Source: a virus (Duplodnaviria; Caudoviricetes). From it: a DNA stretch of 38,315 nt. How positions within the stretch are numbered: position 1 is the first letter of the stretch; each line of letters begins with the position of its first letter. The stretch lies in the IMG/VR virus record IMGVR_UViG_3300032221_000163, positions 1 through 38,315 of that record. One strand, written 5' to 3'. Both the position numbers and the translations under genes were made by a program. Below are positions 1 through 10,700 of the stretch, piece by piece. The notes beneath the pieces are model-generated. The model saw nothing but the letters and a program-made list of their open reading frames with translations, ran no database searches and had not been told where the DNA came from.

Positions 1-1
1 C

Positions 2-1921
2 CCTAAGGCACCAAGCGGAATTGCATTCTTTGACCAGAAACTGAGCGACGGACGCACCTTGTCCTATGTCATCAGCTCCACTCGTGATGCGATGGAGGAT
101 GACTACAAGAAGTTCCAGAACGAACAGGCCCTGGAGCAGAACGTAGACATCATTCAGCGTGCTGCTGCAGGTGATCCTGAGGCTCGGGTTGGTTTCCAGA
201 ACGCACTGCAGGGCATGACGGCCCAGCAGACGTTGACCTTCCTCAGTGCTTTTGGTCAGGCCGAGAACTTCGGCCAGAGCGCATCCCCCCGCCAGGAGCA
301 GATTGAAGCTGACCTGCGCTTCCGGATTGCTCAGGGTGTGGCTGATCCGGAGAAGATGTGGGCCGAGGTCAAGGCATCGGGCTTGACCCCTGGCCAGCTG
401 AAGGGTTTGGCCGGGCAGATCGTCAAAGGCTCCAACGAGAGCACAGCTCTGGTTGCCAATGCCCGGCAGTACCTGGGCCAGGAGGTGCAGGCGGCCACGG
501 AATTGATCGCCCGTTCCGCTGGTATCGGTGATGAAGAGGGTGTCTCCCGGATTGGCCGTGATCTGTTCACCGCTGCCAGCCGTGCAACGGAGCAGCGGAT
601 CGAGCGGTTGCAGGCCAGCGGTCAGAACGTCACCTCAGACCAGGCCAAGGATCTATTCCGCAACGAGCTGGAAGCGATCCGCAACACCAGGCTGAAGGAA
701 GCTGGTGACCTGAAGAGCACGTACAACAACACTCCGGATCGGCGCGTTGCCACGGAACTGCAGCAGTTCCAGCAGAGCGTGCAGCAAAGCGGTGGTCAGG
801 TTTCGGTGCAGTCCTTCCCGCAGTCAGTGCGGCAGGGATTCAAGGCTGCGTTCCCCAATGCACCGATGACCCAACCAGCTCTGGAGAAATACTTCATGAG
901 CCGGATGCAGCAGATCAAGGACGGGGAGGGCAAGCCCGTCTACGGCAATCCCCAGAAGACGCTGCAGGAGATCATCAAGCGGGGCCGTGGCGTTGACACC
1001 AGCAATGGCGCATCCCGCTACGCCGACGCTATCGGTGGTGCACTTGGTTCCAGCCCAATGGGTGCGCTGTTGGGCAAAGCCCAGGAGCTGATCAAAGGAG
1101 CTGAGAACGCAATCGAAGGTCTCCGTGGTGGCACTGAGGAGAAGCCCAGCCCAACTGGCCCTCAGTCGGCCAAGCCCAAGCAGACCAACCCGGCCTCTGC
1201 CTTGGTGAGCAGTGGCCTGCAGCTGGTGGCCAACGTGATCACCCCACCGGCTGCCGCGGCCACGCTGCAGGACAACCCAACGGTGATCAATGACCAGGCC
1301 CTGGCCACCTTCGGCAAGGTCTGGAAGAAGCAGCAGCGGGTGGACATTCGCACGGAACCTCTGCCGCAGGTGTCAGCTACCGCTCAGGTGGGCATGGCAC
1401 CGCTCCGGATCAGCAGCGATCGTCACCCGATGTTCGTGGCCATCGGTATTTCCGAGGGGACACGAACTGCCAACGGTGGTTACACCAAGGCGTACTACGG
1501 CCACAGAGATCCAGGTAACGGCGTCTGGAACGTGGGTACCGTCAGTGGCCAGCAAGGTGGAACACCTGCCTCCAGTGATCGCCGTTGGATGGGCAACCTC
1601 ACCAGCCAGTCGGTTTCGGTGGCGCCAATCCTGCAGCGTCTTGGACTGCAGCCCGGCACTCAAGGGTGGAACCGGGTGTTGTTCAACGTGTTGGACCTGA
1701 CGGTGCAGGCACCTGCTGCAGCACGGGACTTCATCGCCAAGTTGCCGCAGGTGATGAGGCAGGGCGCATCGATTGAAGCGATCGCCAAGGCCAGGGCTGA
1801 TTCATTCATCAACCCAGCCACCGGTCGATTGGAGGCCGGTGGTTTCGGCAACAGCTACAACCGTTTATTTGCTGATCAGCGTTCCCGCGCTGGCGTTTGG
1901 GATTACCGGAGGCGCATCTGA
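2..1921 (+). CDS. Internal virion (ejection) protein, gp15-like, 5'-truncated, with a C-terminal putative lysozyme-like domain
   Basis: Frame is open from position 2, so the start lies outside the window. Helical Ala/Gln-rich body, first of three large ORFs before the tail fibre. C-terminal AIGISEGTRTANGGYTKAYYGHRDPGNG resembles a Glu-containing muramidase-like motif. Confidence 0.6.
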   Translation, partial: PKAPSGIAFFDQKLSDGRTLSYVISSTRDAMEDDYKKFQNEQALEQNVDIIQRAAAGDPEARVGFQNALQGMTAQQTLTFLSAFGQAENFGQSASPRQEQIEADLRFRIAQGVADPEKMWAEVKASGLTPGQLKGLAGQIVKGSNESTALVANARQYLGQEVQAATELIARSAGIGDEEGVSRIGRDLFTAASRATEQRIERLQASGQNVTSDQAKDLFRNELEAIRNTRLKEAGDLKSTYNNTPDRRVATELQQFQQSVQQSGGQVSVQSFPQSVRQGFKAAFPNAPMTQPALEKYFMSRMQQIKDGEGKPVYGNPQKTLQEIIKRGRGVDTSNGASRYADAIGGALGSSPMGALLGKAQELIKGAENAIEGLRGGTEEKPSPTGPQSAKPKQTNPASALVSSGLQLVANVITPPAAAATLQDNPTVINDQALATFGKVWKKQQRVDIRTEPLPQVSATAQVGMAPLRISSDRHPMFVAIGISEGTRTANGGYTKAYYGHRDPGNGVWNVGTVSGQQGGTPASSDRRWMGNLTSQSVSVAPILQRLGLQPGTQGWNRVLFNVLDLTVQAPAAARDFIAKLPQVMRQGASIEAIAKARADSFINPATGRLEAGGFGNSYNRLFADQRSRAGVWDYRRRI

Positions 1922-4866
1922 TGGCTGTCTATTTCGATCCCGCCAAGGGAGCGATCGTTGATCCAGAGCAGTCCTTAGCGGCGCAACAGCAGCAGATCCA
2001 GCCACCGCTGGGGTTGGATCCGATTGCGGAACGCAAGTGGCTGGCGGAGAACCAGGCGGTTGCACAGACCAAGCAGTTCGAGCAGGACGCTGCTGAGGGA
2101 CGGAACAAACCGTTCCTGGCTGAGAACCCGGGTCAGTTCTTCGATGACCTGGGGAACATCCTGGGTGACACGGCAACCGGCTTGGTCACTGACTACCTGG
2201 ACATTGGCGCAGGTCTGGCTGACGTTGCGGTTCAAGGCGCCAGTGCTCTGTCAGGTAATGGCTGGGACTGGAATCAGGTCTTTGACGACAGCGACAACCC
2301 CTGGACACAGTGGCGGCAGGGTGAGTTCGGCACCAATACCGAGGCCGGTGCTGCAGTAGCGAACGTCAGCCGGATGGTCTCGATGGTGCTCACCCTGCCA
2401 AAGGTGGGCATCAAGGGTCTGGCCCTGGCACCGAAAGCACTGAGCAAGTTGCCCGTTGCTGGCAAGGCAGCAGGTGGTGTTGCCAAGGCGCTGGATGGAC
2501 TGGATGCGACGCTGAAAACCAGCCGGGCACCCAAGGTCACCGAGGCCATGGGCGACCTGGCCAAGGGGTTCGCCAAGGGTTCGGGTGGTCAGAACGCGGC
2601 CAAGATTGCGGCTTCTGATGATTGGCTTCGCTACACCTTCCGGGAACTTTCCCAGGCCCCTGAAGCCAAAGACTGGTTCACCGGGGTGCGCCGCACGGTC
2701 AAGGGCCTAGGCAAGGACCTGGGCAACTTGGACGCCATGACGGTTGGCAAGGCACTGGGTTGGGATGCCTTTGCTGCCTTCAACGTCTACGGCGAAGGTG
2801 ACTGGGAGATGGACGAGACGCTGAGCGACATGCTCGGCATTGGTCCTTTTCAGACAGGTATTGAGGATTCGCCGCTGCAACGCAAGGCGAAGCAGATGGC
2901 AGAAGGCTTGATCGCCGGGGGGTTGATCAATGCTGCGCTCGACATCTCCCGGGTGTTCCGTTACAGCCAGGCCTTTGCCAAGGCAGCACCGGCTGAGCGT
3001 GGAGCGATTCTGAAAGCGTTTGACGCGGAAGCTGAGGAGCTGGGTCGCGGCATTGCTGGGCTCTTGCCTGAATCGGCTGCTTCTTTGCAGCCAGCGAGAA
3101 CGGCAGCGCTGGAGAAAGGTGCTCGACTCAACAGCCTTTACTCCCAGGTTGAAACCCAGCGAATTGGGAACCGCTACCAGAACGATCTACTGACAGCGCA
3201 GCTACGCAATCAGGCAGTGGCGAATGTCGGCTATGACCCACAGCTGCAGGCGCAGCTGACCCAAGGCCAGGGCGGGTTGAATCCTCAGCAGTTGATGGCC
3301 AACCAGCAGATGGTGGCTGGCAGCACTGAACTGCTTCCTGGTACGCAACCTGCTGGCCTCCTTCCCGAGGGCCAGGTGCAGCAGCTCCCTGGTGCTCCAC
3401 AACCGGGGATGCTGCCTGGTGGCCCTGAAGCCAAGCCTGGTTCCATGCCAGCTGGCACCCTCGGTGCTGGCGGTGAGCTTGTCCCTGTCACGCCGGACAT
3501 GCAGCCGGTGCAGGTGATGGACCTGGGGCCGCGGCCACCGGAACCTACGGTCACGCCCCAGACCATTCGTAATGCGTTCAAGGCTGATGCCTATGACGCA
3601 TTCATGCGCTCCCAGCAGCTGACCTTTGAGGAGGGTCCTGACGGCGTGATGCGCAGCATCGATGAACTGCGTGGCACGGTGAAACAGCTGCTGCCCCAGA
3701 CGCGGGTGGATGCGATTGAGTACATGACCAAGTTCACGCCACAGGCGAATCAACTTGGCGTGATCAATGCCAGCGATTCGGTGTGGATGAACTTCATCAC
3801 CGATCGTGGTCTGCGTGAAGGTTGGGCATCGATTGATCCCGACACCATGCAGGTGCGGTTCAACCGCAAGACCGCACTGGACATCGACCGTGGTGACCTG
3901 GCTGCCAAGCAGGCGGAAGCGTTCGATGAGCTGGCTGAGCTGAACCGTTATGAGGAGTGGCTCTGGAATAAGGAGCTGGTCAACGGCAGCCCCCAGATGC
4001 GTCCTGAGGTGCAGGACAACCTGGCAGGGAAAGAAGCTCGTGATGCCTATGACAACTGGGAAGCGGAGCAGGCCGCGGCCCAGGCCATGGATCCAGCCCG
4101 CGCTGACATCGAGCGCAAAGCTGCCACCGCTGCGGTTGAAGAGCAGCAGCTGAATGCAGCAGAGGAGATCCGCCTGAGTGAGGCCGAGATCGCCAAGGCC
4201 ACCGGTGCATTGGATGACCAGACCGTTGTGCGGGAATACCTGGGCACAACGCTTGACAGCATTCAACGTCCAGAGGTGGGCAAGGCTGAAGTTGGCCGCG
4301 GCTGGGAGGTGTATGACGCCAACGGTGAAATCCTTGGCACCACATCCACCAAGAAGGCAGCAGACAAGTTGGCGGATGCCGAGCTTGTCCGGCTGCGCGA
4401 TGCAACCATCGCCCGGGCACGGCAGATGGAAACTGACGCCACAGACCAGACGCTCAACATTGCCGTGGGTGATCCAATCCTGGATTCAGAAGTGGTGGGC
4501 CGGGTCACCCTGACGGACCGGCAGATCGAATCGGTGCAGAAGTTCAGTGAGTCCATCCAGCGTCAGATGAATGCGGACTGGGAGAAGCGCACCGGTGGCA
4601 AGGCCTGGATCAACATCAACGACCTGGGCAAGGGCAAGAAGACCTTTGACCTGACCCAAGGTGAGATGTATGACCTGGTTGATGGCATCAAGGCATTGCT
4701 GCAGACCGGTGAGATCCCGAGTCAGCGGGCCAAGGTGTTGCGCAATGTGGCCGACAAGTTAGACACCAGCATGAAACTGCTGGCACCACAGGCAAGGGCA
4801 CAACGCTTTGCCAATGACATTGCCGCTGATGCACAGCGGTTCCTTGAACACGGAGACTTCTGCTGA
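1921..4866 (+). CDS. Large internal virion protein (N-terminal part of a gp16-like ejection protein)
   Basis: ATG at 1921 overlaps the upstream TGA (TGATG). About 981 aa, Ala/Gly/Gln-rich with a Pro/Gln linker, located between the gp15-like gene and the tail fibre. Confidence 0.6.
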   Translation: MAVYFDPAKGAIVDPEQSLAAQQQQIQPPLGLDPIAERKWLAENQAVAQTKQFEQDAAEGRNKPFLAENPGQFFDDLGNILGDTATGLVTDYLDIGAGLADVAVQGASALSGNGWDWNQVFDDSDNPWTQWRQGEFGTNTEAGAAVANVSRMVSMVLTLPKVGIKGLALAPKALSKLPVAGKAAGGVAKALDGLDATLKTSRAPKVTEAMGDLAKGFAKGSGGQNAAKIAASDDWLRYTFRELSQAPEAKDWFTGVRRTVKGLGKDLGNLDAMTVGKALGWDAFAAFNVYGEGDWEMDETLSDMLGIGPFQTGIEDSPLQRKAKQMAEGLIAGGLINAALDISRVFRYSQAFAKAAPAERGAILKAFDAEAEELGRGIAGLLPESAASLQPARTAALEKGARLNSLYSQVETQRIGNRYQNDLLTAQLRNQAVANVGYDPQLQAQLTQGQGGLNPQQLMANQQMVAGSTELLPGTQPAGLLPEGQVQQLPGAPQPGMLPGGPEAKPGSMPAGTLGAGGELVPVTPDMQPVQVMDLGPRPPEPTVTPQTIRNAFKADAYDAFMRSQQLTFEEGPDGVMRSIDELRGTVKQLLPQTRVDAIEYMTKFTPQANQLGVINASDSVWMNFITDRGLREGWASIDPDTMQVRFNRKTALDIDRGDLAAKQAEAFDELAELNRYEEWLWNKELVNGSPQMRPEVQDNLAGKEARDAYDNWEAEQAAAQAMDPARADIERKAATAAVEEQQLNAAEEIRLSEAEIAKATGALDDQTVVREYLGTTLDSIQRPEVGKAEVGRGWEVYDANGEILGTTSTKKAADKLADAELVRLRDATIARARQMETDATDQTLNIAVGDPILDSEVVGRVTLTDRQIESVQKFSESIQRQMNADWEKRTGGKAWININDLGKGKKTFDLTQGEMYDLVDGIKALLQTGEIPSQRAKVLRNVADKLDTSMKLLAPQARAQRFANDIAADAQRFLEHGDFC
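4253..4267 (+). promoter_or_regulatory. 15-bp motif TTGACAGCATTCAAC (candidate phage promoter or operator)
   Basis: Exact match to the reverse complement of 28828-28842; oriented with the local genes. Confidence 0.5.
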
Positions 4867-7703
4867 TGGCCGTTCACGCATGTTCCCCCTTTGCCGAGAA
4901 CCGCTTCGTTCAGTCGGCAGCTGAGGTTGATGAACTCCTGGCCAATACGTTGCGCCAGGCTGAGGAGACCGGTGCTTACACGTTGAAGCGTGAGGGTTGG
5001 GACCCTGCGTTCATCAAGCGTGCCATCGGTGATCTACGGCAGATGTTGCCGTTCGGGCCGGATAAGGCTGTGGAGTACGCCAAGACTCGTGGCTGGCTTC
5101 GCGTTGATAAAGCGGCCAGCAAGAAGGCGGGGGAGGAGGTCCTCAAGCCCGGCAGCCTGAAGAACGAATTGGGCTACGCCGGTGAACAGGAGGGCTATGT
5201 CGCCTCGGTGTTCAAGGTCTACCTGGAGAGCATCGCCGGTGGCACCAAGCAGCTGGCGGATAACTTCCTGATGAAGGTCAACGCTGGCGAGGATGCCACG
5301 GTTGAGGGCCTGGCCTTTGCCCGCCAGATGCAGGCCAGCAGCAGGCTGGGTGGCTTCATGCTCGGCTGGGGTCAGAGCGTTGGCCGCGGCGTTCGGTCAT
5401 TCGGCACGATCAACGGTGTGACCGTCAACGGCAACGCCCTGTATGAGGGGATTGCCGATGGAGCGGCTGACGCACTGGGTAACCCCGGTGAGTACGCCGA
5501 CACGTTCAAGGGGATTGCGGCAAAGCTTGGTGACGCCAACCGGCAACAGGAAGGCATCAGTGAACTGGTGCGCCTGGCCAAGCGGGTGAAGTTCCTTGAG
5601 AACCCGCATGAGATCTCCAAGGCCGCCCTGGGCATGGAGGTGGCAGGGAATGCCTGGACGGAGTTGTTCATCAACGGGATGCTGTCCAGCCCCGCCACGT
5701 TTGCGACCAACCTGATCGGCACGATCTGGGTGCCAACCCGGGCGGTGCTGCAGCTGGGTGCTGCAGAAGCCTGGGCAGCGACCGGACTGTTCGGTTCCTC
5801 CGAGGCCAAGATCGTGGCAGCGGAAGCAACCGCGGCACTGGCTGAGATGTACTCAGCCTTCTCTGATGCTGTGAAGATCGGCTGGCACGCAGCACGCACC
5901 GAGACATCGATCTATCAGAAGGTGAGCCATGGCATTCATGGCGAGGTGATGAACGCCCAGCTGCAGAAGGCTGGGATGGGTCCGTTGAAGGACGGCGTGG
6001 CTGACACCATCACCAAGGTTGGTGAGTACGTCCGCCTCCCGTCCCGTGCCCTGCTGGGGACGGATGAGTTTGCCAAGCACCTGGCGATCCGCGGTGAGGT
6101 GGCAGCTCGTGGGGTGCGCCGCGCTGCGATGCAGGGCATCGACCTGGGCGACAAGGCGGCGCTGCAGAAGTTCCTCCAGAGTGAGGCTGAGCGGGCGTTT
6201 GATCTGCCGCAGGCTCAGCTGTGGGACAAGTACAAGGTTGACTCGGTGTACAACCTGCAGAGCGGTCTGGAGGCTGATGGCCGCACCATTGCTCAGGTTG
6301 CCAACGAGGCCACGTTCCAGGAGCAGAACGCCCTGGCGGACAAGTTCAACGCACTGCTGGCCAAGGCTCCAGTGCTCCGGCCCTTCGTTCCGTTTGTCCG
6401 CACCCCGTTGAACATCCTCAAGCAGGGTGCGTATGAGGGCACCGGCATGGCGGCGATCTTCAAGGGTGCTGGCATCGCTATGCACAACGTGAATAACCCG
6501 ACCAAGGCGGTGCTGGAAATCCAGAAGGAACTGCTGAAGGACCCGGGTGAAACCTTCCGCGTTGCTGGTCAGATCGCGTTGACCACGGCATTGGGTGCCA
6601 CGGTCTACGGCATGGCGATGAATAGCCAGATCACCGGTGGTGGCCCTGGTCGGTGGACTGCTGGTGTCGCTGGCCGTGATGCACAAAACGCATGGGTGGC
6701 AGCAGGCAACGTGCCGTACTCCATCAAGTTGGGCGATCAGGCGATCTCATTCGATCGGTTTGGTGAGCCGATGGCGGTGGTGCTGCGGATGTTTGCCGAC
6801 CTTGGGATGCACTCCGCCTACATGACCCACGCTGATCAGGAAGAGGTGTTCGCCGGGATGACGGGGATCATGGCCAGTGCCATGTACCAGGCCAGCTTCC
6901 TGCAAGGTGTTGAGGGTCTGGTGAAGCTATTCCAGCAGGACGCTGATGTTGCCCGGGGTGCTGCAGTGCAGAACTGGATGGCAACGCAGACACCGTTCGG
7001 TGGACTGCTGGCCTACGTGGATCGTGTGACCGATCCGTATAAGGGTGCGTATGAGGGCAGCTCCTTCCTGGAAGTCCTGAAGGTGCACGAGGACACGTTT
7101 GGGACGGGCATCTTTGGCAAGATCGCCAACCGGATTCCTGGCGTTGGAACGTCCCCCCAGTTGATCGATCAGCTGACGGGTGAGCCGGTACCGGTGGTGC
7201 CTGGCGTGGGACCTGGTGGGTTGAACCCGCTGCAGATGGCGATCCCGGTGTTCCCCCGGAACAACAAGGCGGATGACGTGTGGCAGACGGTGTTTGACAT
7301 CAAGGGCAGCTACAGGGAGATGAAGCCCTCGTCGTACAAGCTGACGCCGAAGGAGCAGCAGCAACTGAACAAGTTGATGGCAACGACACGGGTTGGCGGG
7401 AAGACGCTGGGCCAGCGGATCCGTGAGTTCAGGGGGCGGCCTGATGTGGCCAACTACTTGGCGAATCGTGGTGCAGCGATGCAGGGGGTGAAGTATCAGA
7501 TCGAGAAGGACATGGACAAGATGATCCGCGAGCACTTCACCCTTGCCGAACAAAGCCTGGCATCAAACAGCAATGACTTGATGAATCGCATTCGCGTCAG
7601 TGAAGCTCGTTCGCTTGCTGCAGGCAGCAATGATGTTCAATCAGTGCAGCAACTTGGCACTCAGTTGGATGATCTTTATCAACGTGCCCGGCGTGGCTAC
7701 TAG
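4866..7703 (+). CDS. Internal virion protein, gp16-like C-terminal part
   Basis: 945 aa with motifs NGMLSSPAT, DEFAK, FVPFVRTPLNI, ITGGGP and PYSIK, which I recall from cyanopodovirus/pelagiphage gp16-like proteins; directly precedes the tail fibre. Confidence 0.7.
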   Translation: MAVHACSPFAENRFVQSAAEVDELLANTLRQAEETGAYTLKREGWDPAFIKRAIGDLRQMLPFGPDKAVEYAKTRGWLRVDKAASKKAGEEVLKPGSLKNELGYAGEQEGYVASVFKVYLESIAGGTKQLADNFLMKVNAGEDATVEGLAFARQMQASSRLGGFMLGWGQSVGRGVRSFGTINGVTVNGNALYEGIADGAADALGNPGEYADTFKGIAAKLGDANRQQEGISELVRLAKRVKFLENPHEISKAALGMEVAGNAWTELFINGMLSSPATFATNLIGTIWVPTRAVLQLGAAEAWAATGLFGSSEAKIVAAEATAALAEMYSAFSDAVKIGWHAARTETSIYQKVSHGIHGEVMNAQLQKAGMGPLKDGVADTITKVGEYVRLPSRALLGTDEFAKHLAIRGEVAARGVRRAAMQGIDLGDKAALQKFLQSEAERAFDLPQAQLWDKYKVDSVYNLQSGLEADGRTIAQVANEATFQEQNALADKFNALLAKAPVLRPFVPFVRTPLNILKQGAYEGTGMAAIFKGAGIAMHNVNNPTKAVLEIQKELLKDPGETFRVAGQIALTTALGATVYGMAMNSQITGGGPGRWTAGVAGRDAQNAWVAAGNVPYSIKLGDQAISFDRFGEPMAVVLRMFADLGMHSAYMTHADQEEVFAGMTGIMASAMYQASFLQGVEGLVKLFQQDADVARGAAVQNWMATQTPFGGLLAYVDRVTDPYKGAYEGSSFLEVLKVHEDTFGTGIFGKIANRIPGVGTSPQLIDQLTGEPVPVVPGVGPGGLNPLQMAIPVFPRNNKADDVWQTVFDIKGSYREMKPSSYKLTPKEQQQLNKLMATTRVGGKTLGQRIREFRGRPDVANYLANRGAAMQGVKYQIEKDMDKMIREHFTLAEQSLASNSNDLMNRIRVSEARSLAAGSNDVQSVQQLGTQLDDLYQRARRGY

Positions 7704-7737
7704 CGGTAATCTGCTGTAAAAGCCAGTCCTGCAGCCA

Positions 7738-10700
7738 ATGGCGTTACTTCGCCTGACATACAGCGGGAACGTTTACAACGCAGCTCCCGCTGGCACCGTT
7801 GATTTCCCGCTTGTTACCAAGGGCGGCAAGAACATTCCTTATCTACAGCGATCACACATCCATGTGTATCGCAGTGTCGACCAAGGAGTGACATGGACGG
7901 AGCTAGCAAGGCCGACGCAGTGGGACTTTGACTCAACAGGCACCATTGCCAGGCTGAAGTCCGCTGTCACTGGTGAGTGGATCTTGGTGCGGCGCATCAC
8001 GCCCTACCAGGAGCTTTACACCCAGTTCCAAGACAGCAGCTTGTTGACTGCTGACCAGCTCAATGAGGCTGAGAAGTTCGGTCTCTACGTCAACCAGGAG
8101 CAGTTTGATTCTGGAGATCAAGGCTTCTGGAGCGATCCCCATCAGGTGGTCACCAAGCCCATGCAGCGGGCTGGTACTTGGCCTGCAGATGGGAAGGATG
8201 AGCACATCGCCACCACTGATGCCATTGCGGCACGGCATGACAACTACCTGCAGCCCGGTCTTCCCACTCCTGTTGTCGCACCAGAAAAGGAGCAGCCGGG
8301 GAAACTGTGGCTGGATAACGACGACATTCTTTCCCGCTTCTGGGATCCGACAGCCAATGCCTGGGTGACCCTGGCGAACACTGGCCCCAAGGGTGACAAG
8401 GGTGACAAGGGTGATCGTGGTGAGCCTGGCGGTGTTGCGTTCAAGGGTGACATCGACGTCACGGCTGCTCCACCGTCTGGTGCTCAGGCGGGGTGGCAGT
8501 ACGTCACTACAACGACCGGAACAGCTCACCCTGGGTTTGTCGGTATCACTGGGACGGTCACCAAAGGCAACCTGCTTCTGTACACGGGAGACACTTGGAT
8601 TATCCAACAGGATGCAATTCCTGGCGTGGTTGATGCCACGGAGTCAAGCCGAGGCATTGTTGAGCTGGCCAGCCCTGATGAAACGAAGAATGGCACCGAT
8701 GCCACTAGGGCAGTGCATCCGGCTGGCTTGAAGAGCGCCCTGGCTGAGTATCCCAAGCAAGGGGTGCGAGGCACAGCTGCCAACCCTGGGTACTACTTCG
8801 ATGACGGGACGGGACTGTATTCACCATCAGAGAACCAAGTAGCCATCTCGACTAATGGCACTGAGCGACTGCGGATTGATCCGACCGGCCAGATCGAGGC
8901 AGTCTCGCTGGGTAGTGCTGCAGCGCCAACATTCAGCTGGACCGGCGACCCCAACACCGGCATCTACTCCCCCGGCGCAGACCAAGTAGCAATCTCGACT
9001 AATGGCACTGGGCGGTTGTTTGTTGATAGCTTTGGCAGGTTGTTGGCGGGCACGTCTAGTGCCTTAAACGTTGGAGGTAATGCTGGTTTTGAACAATTCC
9101 AATTAGCTGGACTAGGCGCATCTCTTACCCGTTTCGATAATGGCGCCAGTTCACCAGTCCTGACGTTTGCAAAAAGTCGTGGCACAGCAACTGGTGCAAA
9201 TACAGTTGTGAGTTCCGGAGACGCAATAGGGCAGATATATTTTAATGGTGCCGATGGAACCGGATATGTGCCGGCAGCTTTAATTGAGGCCCGTGTAGAC
9301 GGCATCCCCGGCACCAACGACATGCCGGGCCGCCTCGTTTTTTCTACAACAGCAGATGGTTCAGCATCGCCTACAGAGCGCATGCGCCTGGACTCCAGTG
9401 GCCGCCTGCTGGTGGGGACGAGTAGTGTTATTAACGTAGGAACTTTAAATCAAGCTATACAGATTGCTGGCACTGGCGGCCCCGGCAATTTAACAGTTTC
9501 TCGATATACAAATGATGTGACCGGTTCGCTTATCGGAATCGGTAAATCACGTTCTACAACAGTTGGTGGGTTTGGCATCGTTTCCGCTGGCGACAACCTT
9601 GGTCAATACAGTTTTTACGGCGCTGATGGGGCTGCTTTTATAGAAGCTGCTCGCGTATCCGCCCAGGTAGACGGCACCGCCGGCGCCAACGACATGCCGG
9701 GCAGGTTGGTATTTTCTACCACCGCCGACGGTGCGAGCAGCCCGACGGAGCGTATGCGCCTGGACTCCAGTGGCCGCTTAGGTCTGGGGACTAGTAGCCC
9801 TGGAAGCTACAACGCAAGTGGTGATGATCTTGTTATTGCCAACACAGGTGCAAACGCCGGAATTACGGTTGCCACTGGATCAAGCTTTGCCAGTCGTATT
9901 TACTTTGCTGACGGAACTACTGGCAGCGAAACACTGGCTGGCTTTCTAGATTACAACCATTCCACTGACAGTCTTTCGTTTGGTGTCAATGCTTCCGAAC
10001 GCGCCCGCATCGACAGCTCCGGTAGGTTGTTAGTTGGCACGTCTAGTGCGCTTAATGTTAGCGGTAGCGCAGGATTTGAAGGCTTTCAAGTTGCCGGAAC
10101 AGGATCAGGATCAAACGTTTCGTTGTCTAGGTGGGCTGCGACAACTGGCGCCGCCGTTTTTTCATTTGCAAAAAGCCGAGGTGCGTCCATTGGCACCAAC
10201 ACAGTTGTTGTCGCTGACGATTCAATAGGTCGCTTAGATTTTAATGCTGCTGATGGAACTTCTTTTATCAGTGCCGCTCAAATTCAAGCTTTTGTAGACG
10301 GCACCCCCGGCACTAACGACATGCCAGGCCGGTTAGTGTTCTCCACTACCGCCGACGGAGCGACCAACCCGACGGAGCGGATGAGGATTACGCAGGATGG
10401 TGACGTATTTATCAATCACAATTCAAGCACCTCTCCAGTTGTTGGTGGAGAAAAACTTGGCGTTGTGGGGGGAAGTAATATGGCAATCGCCGCTAGCACT
10501 GCAACAAATACAGTCCCTACAGTGTATCTTGCTAATACAAGTGATACAGCAAACACTCACTTAATGCGTTTTTCGACAGGTGCCGGCGGGAATACCAGGG
10601 GAGAAATCTATTACAATGGCAGCCAACTTATTTACGCTACTTCGTCCGATTATCGGTTAAAAGAGAACGTCCAGCCGCTTTTGAGCGGGATTGAACTTGT

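Noticed and set aside
3202-7553. Long antisense ORFs (3202-4266, 5853-6686, 6927-7553 and similar elsewhere)
   Set aside because: Shadow frames of well-supported genes in GC-rich DNA, with no recognisable motifs.
9295-10386. Diversity-generating retroelement template/variable repeats
   Set aside because: No reverse transcriptase in the window; the repeats are in-frame protein modules and differences are not adenine-specific.
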